A stretch of 64,000 bases of DNA, from contig CAYNSM010000001.1 in the NCBI GenBank assembly GCA_964400065.1, forward strand, positions 16,685 to 80,684, read 5' to 3'. The position numbers and the translations under genes are program-made. The stretch is from an uncultured Planctomycetales bacterium (lineage in GTDB: Bacteria > Omnitrophota > Gorgyraeia > Zapsychrales > JANLHA01). A model generated the notes under the pieces. It saw only the letters and a program-made list of their open reading frames with translations. It did no database searches and was not told the origin of the DNA. Each line of letters begins with the position of its first letter. Within the stretch, counting starts at the first letter, position 1. Of this stretch, positions 10,055 through 19,443 are shown in pieces.

Positions 10055-10684
10055 TTATGACGTTTTATATAATAATTCCCATTTTTTTGAATCGACATTT
10101 AGGACTTTGCTTAAAAGATATCTATTTTTAGACATCTTATTTTTGGCAAAATCAAGTACGCTTGATTCGTCGATTTTCTTTAGATTCATATTATCAAAAT
10201 AATAAAACTGTCCATGATCTTCAAATACCGTTACCGCATGATTTTGAACAGCAGGATTAAAAAATGCGACAAATTTTGCGTCATACCCCATCACTTGCAA
10301 AACAGCAATATTCAAAAAAGTGAAATCTTCACAATCCCCAAATTTACGAGCTAAAGTTTCCAAAGGATTAGACCATTGGTCACTATCCTGATCTTTTTTG
10401 AATTGAACATTTTTGGCTAACCATTGGGCATATTCCTGCGGATTATGTATATTGTTGTCCTTCAAGAACTTAACAATTTCGACGTCCTCATTCGAAGGAC
10501 GCGAAACCAAAACGCCATTAAGGTTCAATTTTTCCTGGCGAACTTTATAGGTTGCAGAAGTGTTAGCAAAAGCGTAATTATTTGATAATAAAAAGGATAC
10601 AAAAATCAAAGCCAAGATGCCTTTGCCAATGATCGCTCTTGGGGCTTGTCTTTTTTGAACCTGATTTTGATTTTTTGTATTCAT
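10055..10684 (-). CDS. secreted transglutaminase-like cysteine peptidase family protein
   Basis: Signal/TM N-terminus. Putative Cys-His-Asp triad context: GDCEDFTFL, NHAVTVF and YYFDN. Embedded in AT-rich DNA. Confidence 0.45.
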   Translation of the reverse strand: MNTKNQNQVQKRQAPRAIIGKGILALIFVSFLLSNNYAFANTSATYKVRQEKLNLNGVLVSRPSNEDVEIVKFLKDNNIHNPQEYAQWLAKNVQFKKDQDSDQWSNPLETLARKFGDCEDFTFLNIAVLQVMGYDAKFVAFFNPAVQNHAVTVFEDHGQFYYFDNMNLKKIDESSVLDFAKNKMSKNRYLLSKVLNVDSKKWELLYKTS

Positions 10685-10864
10685 TTTTGCATCCTTTTCT
10701 ACTTAGTTCTTATTGTTCCACTTGTTCTTCTTATTCATATAGTATATTATATTCTTATTGTTGTCAATATATACAATAATAATACTATTGTTATAAAGCA
10801 TTGGGAATAAGATGCTTATAATTATTTCAAGAATTTCTTGATTTTTTTTAGCAAAAAAGGAAGC

Positions 10865-11287
10865 TTATTTGCTTTTTTTCTGAAACTGGGCTTTAACAAG
10901 GTCAATCAGCTGACTGCGGTCAAACGGCTTGGCGATAGCAGGATAATTCTGATTTTCAACTTTTAAAGTAATATTATTGACCTCTTCTTCCTTTTTGGTG
11001 ATCATTCCAGTTAAAAAGATCACTGGTGCTTGACAAGCATATTTTGTTTTGGCTTCCTGGATAATTTCGGCCCCATTCATATCAGGAAGCATCAAATCAA
11101 CAATCAAAAGATCCGGACGCTGCTCTTGAATCTTTTTCAAAGCCTCGGCCCCAGAGCTCGCCTTAACAATTTCAAAACCTTCTTGCGCTAAGATGTGATC
11201 GCAAAGCCGAAGAACCTGGAGATCATCTTCAATAATTAATATTTTCTTTTTATTTTCCACAAGCGGCTCCTTTTGAAATAAACGCAA
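10865..11287 (-). CDS. single-domain CheY-like response regulator
   Basis: ILIIEDD, LLIVDLMLPDMNG, IFLTG and KPF motifs. Confidence 0.8.
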   Translation of the reverse strand: MRLFQKEPLVENKKKILIIEDDLQVLRLCDHILAQEGFEIVKASSGAEALKKIQEQRPDLLIVDLMLPDMNGAEIIQEAKTKYACQAPVIFLTGMITKKEEEVNNITLKVENQNYPAIAKPFDRSQLIDLVKAQFQKKSK

Positions 11288-11404
11288 AAAAATCTAATAA
11301 TTTGCCTGATGTTACCACAGAACCTTTGCATCAAAAAATATTAAAACAATTCTTTTTTCGCTTTATATTTTTTAAAGAACGCGCCTGTTTAAACACCAAG
11401 CCGC

Positions 11405-13885
11405 TTGAAGCGCGCTGATGCTTTCTATATAATGCCCGTCATGCGCTGGCTTAAAAAAACGTTTTTTATTCTTGTCTTTCTTTGCCTTGTCCTGGGTGGT
11501 GGAATATTTTACCTAAATACCATTTTTCTTCCCCTTCAAGTCAAAGATATCCTTAGCGCAAAAGCAACCGCCTGGCTAAAACGCAATGTTTCCGTCGGGG
11601 AAATAAAATTTCATCCGCAAAAAGGATTTATTCTTAAAAATATTCGCATTGACGAGCAGCTTTCTTCTGCTGTTGCGTTTATTAGCATCGATGAGGTCCG
11701 ATTTAACATTGTCCTTCCCAACTTTTTTCGGGCCCGCGAAATTTTTATCCCCTCGATAACACTCGACAAACCGGTTGTTCACCTTAAACGCATAAAAGAT
11801 GACCAATGGAACTTTTCTGATCTTCTAACCAAAAGCCCGACGAAGACAGAGAACAATTCTAGCACAAAATCCGGGAAAGTCAGGTTTTCTCTGGGCGCCG
11901 TCAAAATCCAAAATGGGCAAGTCATTATTTCAGATCCTGCGACAAGCGAAACAATCAACGTGCTTCATGCAAGCCTGCAGCTGTCTTTACCGGATGCGAT
12001 CCGCTTTGAATCTGATTTTGTCATCGAAGCTGACCATTGCACTTTGAGCATGAAAGGAAAATTCTTTCCCGCAGCGCAAGAATTAAACGCTTCCATAAAA
12101 ACACACAACTTAAACCCTCCGCGCTTGATTCATTTAACCGGCGTGCCGCTCTATGTTGTTTTTGACCGATGGCTCATTGACGAGGCTGACCTTGCGGTGC
12201 AATTTAAAAACAAGCAGTGGACGCTCAAAGGCATGATCATAGGACCCGTCGATATTACGACCAAAACGAATATTGCCGTAAAAACAACCGGCGTTATCAT
12301 TTCCAAAAACTTTACTTACCATAAACAAGGACGCGATTTTGATCTTGCCGGGAACTTTTTAGCAACTGATACGAGCATTGCGGTAGGCACAGACAAAATG
12401 TTTTCGGGTAATTTTTCGGGTACGGCGATTTCATTTCAAAAATCCGGCGATCATTTTACGATGACAGCAGACCTTTCGGCACAAAAAGCTAAAATACTCT
12501 GGGCCAAAGAAACCTTAACTGGCGACATTGAAACAAAAAAAATATTTTTTGATAAACTCGACGACAAACTAGTCCTTGCAGGCGAAAGCAAAATCATAAA
12601 TTCAACGTTCAAAGATCCCATTTGGGACATTGCCATAAACCAAGCTACAACCAATTGGAAATTTAATAGGCATAAAAACGGCTTCCTATTAGACATCCCT
12701 GATTTACGCGCAAAAAATCTTTCCGGGCTATTTTTGACAACACAAGTCGATGGTAGTGCAACGGCCCAGAATATTAAAATCAATTCGACTGATGAAATCT
12801 TAAACGCCCAAGGCCATTTTGTAACAGAAAACTTAAAGCTCGTGTGGCCAAACAAAATATCTTTTTCTGGCAATCCGCAATTTGATTTGACGCTCTCACG
12901 TAATCCCGCTGTCGACGACAACAAGATGATCCCAAGCGGCGTCATTCTTTTTTCTGACGACACATTCCAGGGAATTCCCAAAATTACTCAAATCAAGAAC
13001 CTCACCGGTCAACTCGTCTTTGGCGCGGATGAGGCTTCGAGCAAAAATCTTACGCTGACTCTTGGGCAAACGCCGCTATCGCTTGTCGGGACGATCGAGC
13101 ACTTTAGCGCCCCTGACATTGATGCAAAAGTTTTAGGAAAAGACTTTGATGTTTCTGTTTATTTTAAAACAGCCAGCCAACGTCAAAATATCCGCCTAGA
13201 AGGCCTTGTTTACGACGGAAAACTTTCCCTAGATGCCGACATTGCGCTACAAGAAAAAAATGTACCCAGCGAAATTGCGGCGAGCATCACAGGACTTCAT
13301 GTTCAAAGACTGAAGAATACTTTTCCCAAGTTAAAAGACAAAGACTTGTCTGGAATTTTATCAGCGAATGTCAATCTTAAAGGTCCGCTTGAAGATTACA
13401 AAGCTCTTGAGGGAAACGGAGCGATTGCCATCAAAGAGGGAAAACTCCTGGAACTGGAAATGCTCCAAGGAATTTGGAAAGTTTTATTTAACAATTTGCT
13501 CGTCGAAGATTATCGTAAAATCACCTTCACACAGGGCAAAGCGACTTTTAAAGTCCACGACGGGTTTATCAAAACCGAGGATCTTCTTTTAGAAAGTGAG
13601 CCTGCGGATATTTCAGCGCGCGGCTCACTAAGTTTAAATGGCGTATTAAATTTTGATGTGATTGCAAAAGTGCGGCAAGCGCCGATCGTCACGGCCTTAA
13701 GCCTGCAGGCTGTCCCAACAACAATTATTTCCCAAGTGGTCAAAAACGTCGTCGGAATAAAACTCACCGGATCAATCAGCGCCCCACAAGTCCGATACAA
13801 AATTCTCCCCTTAAAAGTTCTCGAAAAAACAACCGGGTCAATTTTTGAGGGGATACAAGGGATGCTGGAAGATATTTTGGAATAA
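11405..13885 (+). CDS. AsmA-family outer-membrane assembly-like protein
   Basis: N-terminal TM anchor followed by a long beta-rich region with an AsmA-like N-domain. 826 aa. The start may be a downstream Met (MRWLKK). Confidence 0.7.
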   Translation: MKRADAFYIMPVMRWLKKTFFILVFLCLVLGGGIFYLNTIFLPLQVKDILSAKATAWLKRNVSVGEIKFHPQKGFILKNIRIDEQLSSAVAFISIDEVRFNIVLPNFFRAREIFIPSITLDKPVVHLKRIKDDQWNFSDLLTKSPTKTENNSSTKSGKVRFSLGAVKIQNGQVIISDPATSETINVLHASLQLSLPDAIRFESDFVIEADHCTLSMKGKFFPAAQELNASIKTHNLNPPRLIHLTGVPLYVVFDRWLIDEADLAVQFKNKQWTLKGMIIGPVDITTKTNIAVKTTGVIISKNFTYHKQGRDFDLAGNFLATDTSIAVGTDKMFSGNFSGTAISFQKSGDHFTMTADLSAQKAKILWAKETLTGDIETKKIFFDKLDDKLVLAGESKIINSTFKDPIWDIAINQATTNWKFNRHKNGFLLDIPDLRAKNLSGLFLTTQVDGSATAQNIKINSTDEILNAQGHFVTENLKLVWPNKISFSGNPQFDLTLSRNPAVDDNKMIPSGVILFSDDTFQGIPKITQIKNLTGQLVFGADEASSKNLTLTLGQTPLSLVGTIEHFSAPDIDAKVLGKDFDVSVYFKTASQRQNIRLEGLVYDGKLSLDADIALQEKNVPSEIAASITGLHVQRLKNTFPKLKDKDLSGILSANVNLKGPLEDYKALEGNGAIAIKEGKLLELEMLQGIWKVLFNNLLVEDYRKITFTQGKATFKVHDGFIKTEDLLLESEPADISARGSLSLNGVLNFDVIAKVRQAPIVTALSLQAVPTTIISQVVKNVVGIKLTGSISAPQVRYKILPLKVLEKTTGSIFEGIQGMLEDILE

Positions 13886-14485
13886 TTAGTCGACGAGATA
13901 TTTTGCTAGAAGAACTTTAAGTTTTTTTAAAGCGCGGGCACGGTGACTGATCTTGGATTTAATCTCGGGAGCAAGTTCTCCAAATGTTTTGTTATAACGC
14001 GCAATAAAAAATAACGGATCATACCCAAAGCCATTATTTCCCCGACGCTCTTTTGTAATCAATCCTGCGCAACTGCCATCAACAACACCGACGAGTTTTT
14101 TCCCATCGGATAAAGCGACAAAACAACGGTATCGCGCCTGACGCTTAGGCTTTGGAACATTTTTTAAAGAAGCCAAAAGCTTGTCATTGTTCTTTTCATC
14201 AGTCGCGTTTGGATCCGAAAACCGCGCCGAATAAATGCCGGGCTTATTGCCCAGAGCCTTAACTTGCAAACCTGAATCTTCGCCTATTGTCAATTTACCG
14301 GTGTGCTTTCCAATGACGGTCGCTTTTTTGACGGCATTGGCCTTGAAAGTCTTACCATCCTCGACGATGTCAGGGCAGTTAGAATAATCAGCCAAAGACG
14401 TAACTTTAAGATCAAAGTCTTTAAGAAGCTCGCGAATTTCGCGAAGTTTCCCCACATTTTTTGTAGCGACTAAAAGTTCTTTCAT
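13886..14485 (-). CDS. rdgB: non-canonical purine NTP pyrophosphatase RdgB/HAM1
   Basis: LVATKNVGKLREI, EDSGL, GFGYDPLF and SHRA motifs. Start chosen at MKELLV. The ORF-track start at 14509 lies inside a hairpin. Confidence 0.85.
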   Translation of the reverse strand: MKELLVATKNVGKLREIRELLKDFDLKVTSLADYSNCPDIVEDGKTFKANAVKKATVIGKHTGKLTIGEDSGLQVKALGNKPGIYSARFSDPNATDEKNNDKLLASLKNVPKPKRQARYRCFVALSDGKKLVGVVDGSCAGLITKERRGNNGFGYDPLFFIARYNKTFGELAPEIKSKISHRARALKKLKVLLAKYLVD

Positions 14486-14496
14486 ATTTTTATATA

Positions 14497-14516
14497 GGGC
14501 ACGAGGCATCGTGCCC
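14497..14516. other. GC stem-loop GGGCACGA-ggca-TCGTGCCC between rph and rdgB
   Basis: Perfect 8-bp inverted repeat seen directly. No clean U-tract on the minus-strand transcript. Confidence 0.3.
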
Positions 14517-14521
14517 CTACA

Positions 14522-15229
14522 TTATATATATTTCTTTTGTATCTTGATTAATTCCTTAATCCCTTTTTCGGCCAACTTCAAAAGCGCATCGACTTCTTTT
14601 TTGGAAAACGGATCCTTTTCTGCGGTGCCTTGAACCTCGACGAACTTACCCTTGCCAACCATAACGACGTTCATATCCATGTCTGCTGATGAATCCTCTT
14701 CATAAGGAAGATCCAAAACCGGCTGTCCGTTAAAAATCCCGACGCTGACTGCCGCCACAGAATCCAAAAGCGGATTAGCTGTTAATATACCGCTCTTTAA
14801 TAATTTTTTGACCGCCAAAGCCAGCGCAATAAATCCGCCGGTCACGGAGGCTGTGCGCGTCCCCCCATCTGCCTGCAAAACATCACAATCAATTTTGATC
14901 GTGCGCTCACCAAGTTTGCTTGTATCAACCACAGCACGCAAAGAACGACCAATCAGCCGTTGAATTTCCAGCGTACGACCCGTCGTCAGCGTCTTGTCCC
15001 GATTAAGCCGCGTGTTCGTCGAGCGCGGCAACATCCCATACTCGGCTGTGACCCAGCCTTTGCCGGAATTTCGCAAAAAAGGCGGAACGTTCTCTTCAAC
15101 CGTTGCCGTGCAAGCTACACGCGTATCCCCAAATTCAATCAAGCACGACCCTTCGGCATGTTTATTAAAAGGAACCGTCACCTTGATTTTGCGCAACTGA
15201 TTAAATCTTCGTCCGTCGGCTCTGATCAT
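14522..15229 (-). CDS. rph: ribonuclease PH
   Basis: [18 protein letters not shown]...[13 protein letters not shown]...[12 protein letters not shown] are all diagnostic. A GGAGGA RBS lies upstream. Confidence 0.9.
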   Translation of the reverse strand: MIRADGRRFNQLRKIKVTVPFNKHAEGSCLIEFGDTRVACTATVEENVPPFLRNSGKGWVTAEYGMLPRSTNTRLNRDKTLTTGRTLEIQRLIGRSLRAVVDTSKLGERTIKIDCDVLQADGGTRTASVTGGFIALALAVKKLLKSGILTANPLLDSVAAVSVGIFNGQPVLDLPYEEDSSADMDMNVVMVGKGKFVEVQGTAEKDPFSKKEVDALLKLAEKGIKELIKIQKKYI

Positions 15230-15287
15230 TTTTCCTCCAATTTATTATCGGGTTAAGTTGGTTAATTTTTATGGCTCAAGAAACGGT

Positions 15288-15341
15288 CCCCGGTAGATGT
15301 CCCGCCTTTCGGCGGGAGAAAATCGGGGCTGCGTTCCGATT
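15288..15341 (-). ncRNA. structured RNA-like element: GNRA-capped hairpin with two mutually exclusive flanking stems
   Basis: On the minus strand: CCCGCC-GAAA-GGCGGG hairpin (15301-15316) nested in CCCCG...CGGGG (15288-92 / 15324-28). AATCGG (15321-26) alternatively pairs with CCGATT (15336-41). No U-tract follows. Lies between the queF stop and the rph RBS. Confidence 0.3.
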
Positions 15342-15373
15342 CGCCATAAAAATTACCCAGCTTAACCTTCCAG

Positions 15374-15775
15374 CTATTTTTTATTTTTAAATTCAGCGCG
15401 CACCGTTGTGGCAATGCCACCACGCGGATTCATGATAGCCTCCACGCACGCAGAACGCGGACCGCAAGCTTTGACAATATCGTCGAGAATTTTATTGACC
15501 AAATGCTCGTGAAAAATCCCAACATTACGGTAATAAACAATATACATTTTTAAAGATTTAAGCTCCAAGCAAGTTTTAGCTGGGACATAATCGATTTTGA
15601 TGATCGCAAAATCCGGCAAACCCGTCTTAGGGCAAATGCAGGTAAATTCCGGGATTTCGATAGTAATCTGATACTGCCGATCAGCATACTCGTTTTCCCA
15701 AACTTCAATCTCAGGCGTTGACAAATTACGAACGTGTGACTGCAAACCCTGATAAGAACTTTTTTTCTGTTTCAC
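15374..15775 (-). CDS. queF: NADPH-dependent 7-cyano-7-deazaguanine reductase QueF (type I)
   Basis: EFTCICPKTGLPDFA motif with catalytic Cys. 133 aa. Confidence 0.85.
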   Translation of the reverse strand: MKQKKSSYQGLQSHVRNLSTPEIEVWENEYADRQYQITIEIPEFTCICPKTGLPDFAIIKIDYVPAKTCLELKSLKMYIVYYRNVGIFHEHLVNKILDDIVKACGPRSACVEAIMNPRGGIATTVRAEFKNKK

Positions 15776-15793
15776 TTTCTTTGCCTCCGATAA

Positions 15794-16492
15794 CTATTGG
15801 ATTTTCATAAATTTATGCATTTGCGGCAAAACACGCGTATTGGGCAAACTTTTAAAACACAGCCGCTGAAAATCATCGCATTTCTCAACAACCCCTTTTT
15901 GCAAATCAAACGTGTTAGGTTGCAAAATAAAAAGTATATCTTTCTTAGCTACCCTTAAAATCTCAACCGTCCTAAGAATATCTTCCTTGCGTGTCTTCTT
16001 GGAAACAACAGCTTTAACGAACAAATCTTTTTTGTGACGCAAAACCGTTGCAACAAACTGCTCATGCTCTTTCCAAAATGCCCGTTCTCCCGTCGAACTT
16101 GGCATTTTAATGTCCATGGCCACAATGTCAATGTCCTTAATAATCTTACCTAATGCTTTGTGCAAAACGCCGCTGGTTTCCAGGTAAACCGGCCATTTAG
16201 CTTTTTTCAAAAGCGGCAAAAGCTTGCCAATAAAGTCCAGCTGCAAAAGCGGCTCCCCACCCGTCAAACTAACCGAGTGGCAGTCTTTAAACAAAACCTT
16301 AATCTTGGCAAAAACTTGCGCAAGCGTCATTTCTCTATAATCGCCCAGAGAATCCCCAATCGACTCAGGCGTATCACACCAAGAGCAGTGCATATGACAG
16401 CCAAAGAAACGCACAAAAACCTGCCGGACGCCAGCATACTTGCCTTCGCCTTGAATAGACTGAAAAATTTCTGAAATTTTAGCCGTTTGCAT
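15794..16492 (-). CDS. queE: 7-carboxy-7-deazaguanine synthase QueE (radical SAM)
   Basis: CHMHCSWCDT CX3CX2C cluster and LTGGEPL motif. Confidence 0.85.
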   Translation of the reverse strand: MQTAKISEIFQSIQGEGKYAGVRQVFVRFFGCHMHCSWCDTPESIGDSLGDYREMTLAQVFAKIKVLFKDCHSVSLTGGEPLLQLDFIGKLLPLLKKAKWPVYLETSGVLHKALGKIIKDIDIVAMDIKMPSSTGERAFWKEHEQFVATVLRHKKDLFVKAVVSKKTRKEDILRTVEILRVAKKDILFILQPNTFDLQKGVVEKCDDFQRLCFKSLPNTRVLPQMHKFMKIQ

Positions 16493-16499
16493 AAAACTT

Positions 16500-17156
16500 T
16501 TATCGACGATTTTTCGCCTCTTGAAAGCCTTTGACCCGAATCAAACAGCTGTCGCACACGCCACAGGGCTTTTTGCCACCAGCGTAACAGGACCATGTCA
16601 AATCATAAGGCACTTTTAATTTTTGTCCCAAACGGATAATCTGCGCTTTGGTTTTACGAATCAGCGGCGTATAAATTTTGATCGGTTTTCCCCCAACGCC
16701 CGTCTTTAAACCACGCTTAAGAGCCTGCGCAAACGCTTCATAAAATTCCGGCCGGCAATCAGGATACCCCGAATAATCAACGGCATTAGCGCCTATAAAA
16801 ATCGCATTGGCCCCGACAGTCTCGGCGAAAGATGCGGCAAAACTTAAAAAAATGATATTACGTGCCGGGACATAGGTTGCAGGAATTTCTCCTGACATAT
16901 TTTTGCGGTTTTTAGGAAGATCGACCTTTTTGTCCAAAAGCGCAGAGCCGCCCCACGGCAGACGAATCTTAATTATGTGGTATTCACTTTTTGTATAGTG
17001 GGCTAATTTTTTAGCTTGCAGGATTTCTTTGACGTGGCGCTGGCCGTAATCAAAAATCAGACAATGCGTTTCAAAGCCTTGAGAGCGACAATAAAAAAGA
17101 GTTGTGGCGGAATCCAAGCCGCCGGAAAGAAGGACAACGCACTTTTTGTTCATCAT
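16500..17156 (-). CDS. queC: 7-cyano-7-deazaguanine synthase QueC
   Basis: VVLLSGGLDSAT PP-loop and C-terminal CxxC...CxxC zinc site (CGVCDSC). Confidence 0.9.
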   Translation of the reverse strand: MMNKKCVVLLSGGLDSATTLFYCRSQGFETHCLIFDYGQRHVKEILQAKKLAHYTKSEYHIIKIRLPWGGSALLDKKVDLPKNRKNMSGEIPATYVPARNIIFLSFAASFAETVGANAIFIGANAVDYSGYPDCRPEFYEAFAQALKRGLKTGVGGKPIKIYTPLIRKTKAQIIRLGQKLKVPYDLTWSCYAGGKKPCGVCDSCLIRVKGFQEAKNRR

Positions 17157-17515
17157 TCAAAATAGGTTACGCTGGAGGTTTCGCTTTCCCAGACCCGAAC
17201 ACGTTTTAAAATAAAAGGTGAACTGACTTTTGCAAATTCGCGGTAAATGTATTGCGCAAGATTCTCCGTCGATGGATTGACATCGTCAAAATACGGCAAA
17301 TCATTGAGGCAGACGTGGTCGATGGGCATCAAAATTTGTTTGAGCTTTTGTTTTAAGTCGCGAAAATCAACAACCAACCCAATATCGTTGAGTTTGTCCG
17401 ACTGTATCGTCACTTCGACTTTCCACGTATGGCCATGCAAATTTTTGCAGGGACCTTCGTAATTGCGCAAAAAATGTGCCGCAGCAAAATGTCCACTAAT
17501 CGATAACTCAAACAT
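17153..17515 (-). CDS. queD: 6-carboxy-5,6,7,8-tetrahydropterin synthase QueD
   Basis: GHFAAAHFL...CKNLHGHTWKVEV PTPS-family motifs. Start taken at MFELSIS. The longer ORF overlaps murI. Confidence 0.85.
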   Translation of the reverse strand: MFELSISGHFAAAHFLRNYEGPCKNLHGHTWKVEVTIQSDKLNDIGLVVDFRDLKQKLKQILMPIDHVCLNDLPYFDDVNPSTENLAQYIYREFAKVSSPFILKRVRVWESETSSVTYFE

Positions 17516-18320
17516 GGCATCTTTCCACGTTACTAATATCAAAGCCTAAAAATCGACGAGCCAACTTTTGAAAATGTGCCGGCTCATCACTAACAAGAAA
17601 TTTATAACTACCTTTGTGCGTCTTTTCATTAAGAGCATCTTTCTGCTCCAAGACTTTTCGCACATCCACAACAACTTCCTCGGCGGAATCGACCAACTTA
17701 ACTTTTGCGCCCAAAACTTTACGCAATGTATTTTTTAACAACGGATAATGGGTGCAGCCTAAAATCAAAGTATCAATCTTTGACTGGCTTAATTTTTTCA
17801 AATACTCATTGGCGATTGTCACCGTCACAGGTTTCTTAGACCAGCCCTCTTCAATCAGCGGCACAAAAAGCGGACAAGCTTGGCCAATGACTTTTATTGT
17901 CGAATCTAACCGTGCGATTTCCTGCGGATAAGCGTAACTGTTGATCGTCGCGGGTGTCGCAATAATGCCAATTCTTTTATTTTTAGTGGCTTTCGCAGCG
18001 GCGCGACAGCCCGGCTCAATGACGCCAATAATCGGCAGATCAAAAGTTTCGTGCAAAGTGGCCAAGGCATGACTCGACGAGGAATTACACGCAACGACAA
18101 TCATTTTGACTTGTCGCTTTAAAAGCAAGGCTACGTTTTCTTTCGAAAAACGGATAATCGATTCCCGTGACTTTGTCCCATAAGGAACGCGTGCAGTATC
18201 GCCAAAATACACGATGTCTTCCTGAGGCATTCGGCGCATCAGCGCTTTGACAACCGTCAAGCCGCCTAAGCCCGAATCAAAAACGCCGATCGCTTGGTTT
18301 TTATTTTTTATACTCAACAT
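17508..18320 (-). CDS. murI: glutamate racemase
   Basis: IGVFDSGLGGLTV, VVACNSSS and GCTHYP motifs. Start at MLSIKNK. The upstream 15 codons of the tracked ORF are the repeat-containing leader. Confidence 0.9.
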   Translation of the reverse strand: MLSIKNKNQAIGVFDSGLGGLTVVKALMRRMPQEDIVYFGDTARVPYGTKSRESIIRFSKENVALLLKRQVKMIVVACNSSSSHALATLHETFDLPIIGVIEPGCRAAAKATKNKRIGIIATPATINSYAYPQEIARLDSTIKVIGQACPLFVPLIEEGWSKKPVTVTIANEYLKKLSQSKIDTLILGCTHYPLLKNTLRKVLGAKVKLVDSAEEVVVDVRKVLEQKDALNEKTHKGSYKFLVSDEPAHFQKLARRFLGFDISNVERCHV

Positions 18321-18330
18321 AAAAGTTTTT

Positions 18331-18358
18331 CCAGCCTCCAGCCTCCAGCCTCCAGCGT
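18331..18358 (-). repeat. tandem heptanucleotide repeat (GGAGGCT x3, plus a degenerate 4th unit) in the murI leader
   Basis: The plus strand reads ccagcctccagcctccagcctccagcgtc. On the coding strand this gives three consecutive GGAGG Shine-Dalgarno-like units 14-28 nt upstream of the murI ATG. Confidence 0.8.
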
Positions 18359-18370
18359 CTAACATCCTGT

Positions 18371-19381
18371 TTAACGTGCCGAAAAACTCGCCACACTTGC
18401 CGCAACTCCGTCGGCAATCTTTTGACGGTACTCAGCCTTTCGCAGCAACATTTCTTCTTGAGTATTCGATAAAAACCCGACTTCGACTAAAACAGCCGGA
18501 ATCAAAGTGTTACGCAAAACATGAAACCCCGCACGTTTAACCCCTCGGCTGACCACATTTGCCCCCAAACTTGTTCCTTTATTAACGTACGCCGCCAAAA
18601 GCTGGGACTCGGCCATTTTATAGTTATAAAGCATGTCGGCAATAATCGACTCAAGACTTGCATCATTGTTTTTCATCGTTAGACTTTTTGCCAAAACACG
18701 CTGGTTTTTAAGACGCTGCGGGTCACGCTTTTCGGCGCTGTTCAAATCCCTTAGCGCATAAACTTCAATCCCATCGACATTGCGTGTCGGACTGGAATTC
18801 GCATGGATGCTGACAAAAATATCTGCCTTGGCGCGAGTGGCGATTTCGGTGCGCTCCTCGAGCGAAATAAAAACATCTCGATCGCGCGTCATCGTGACTT
18901 TAAAACCCTTGTCTTCCAAGTTTTGTTTTAAACGCCGTGCGATATCAAGCGTAATATCTTTTTCTTCTGTCCCGTTTCGACTCCTGGCTCCCGGGTCCTT
19001 GCCGCCATGCCCGGCATCGACAACGATATGATAACCCTGCCGGCCTGCAATGGAGGAACCGACAACACGCAAAATAACTTTGGGCAGAAAATCTTCCGGA
19101 ACAATCACTCTGCCCTGTTCCCGACGCAAAACGTCACTTAAAAAAACTTTTTGACCCTCAACAACAACGATGTTGCTGCCGACTAAAGCTTTCGCTTCAC
19201 GGCCAGCGGCCCGAAGGTTCACAACCTGCGAAACATTGTCAAAATACCATTGAATATTGTATTGTTCGCAAAGGACTTTCAAATCACGCGAAACTTTGGG
19301 GCCCACAGGAAGCGTTTCGCAACCAGACATCCAAAGGATGCAACCTGCGGCAAAAACACAAAATAGATATTTTCTAAGCAT
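18371..19381 (-). CDS. N-acetylmuramoyl-L-alanine amidase (Amidase_3) lipoprotein
   Basis: Lipoprotein signal LWMSGC. Amidase_3 core HIVVDAGHGGKDPGA...DIFVSIHAN. Confidence 0.85.
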   Translation of the reverse strand: MLRKYLFCVFAAGCILWMSGCETLPVGPKVSRDLKVLCEQYNIQWYFDNVSQVVNLRAAGREAKALVGSNIVVVEGQKVFLSDVLRREQGRVIVPEDFLPKVILRVVGSSIAGRQGYHIVVDAGHGGKDPGARSRNGTEEKDITLDIARRLKQNLEDKGFKVTMTRDRDVFISLEERTEIATRAKADIFVSIHANSSPTRNVDGIEVYALRDLNSAEKRDPQRLKNQRVLAKSLTMKNNDASLESIIADMLYNYKMAESQLLAAYVNKGTSLGANVVSRGVKRAGFHVLRNTLIPAVLVEVGFLSNTQEEMLLRKAEYRQKIADGVAASVASFSAR

Positions 19382-19443
19382 ATGGAGAATTTATTATACC
19401 AGCATTTACTAAAAAACAAACCGTCGAACAATATTCTTCAACT

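Noticed and set aside
17516-18365. N-terminal extensions of the tracked ORFs for queD, murI, the ABC-F gene, the REC genes and the dehydrogenase
   Set aside because: Conserved family N-termini and RBS positions favour internal starts. The extensions create gene overlaps or translate repeat DNA.
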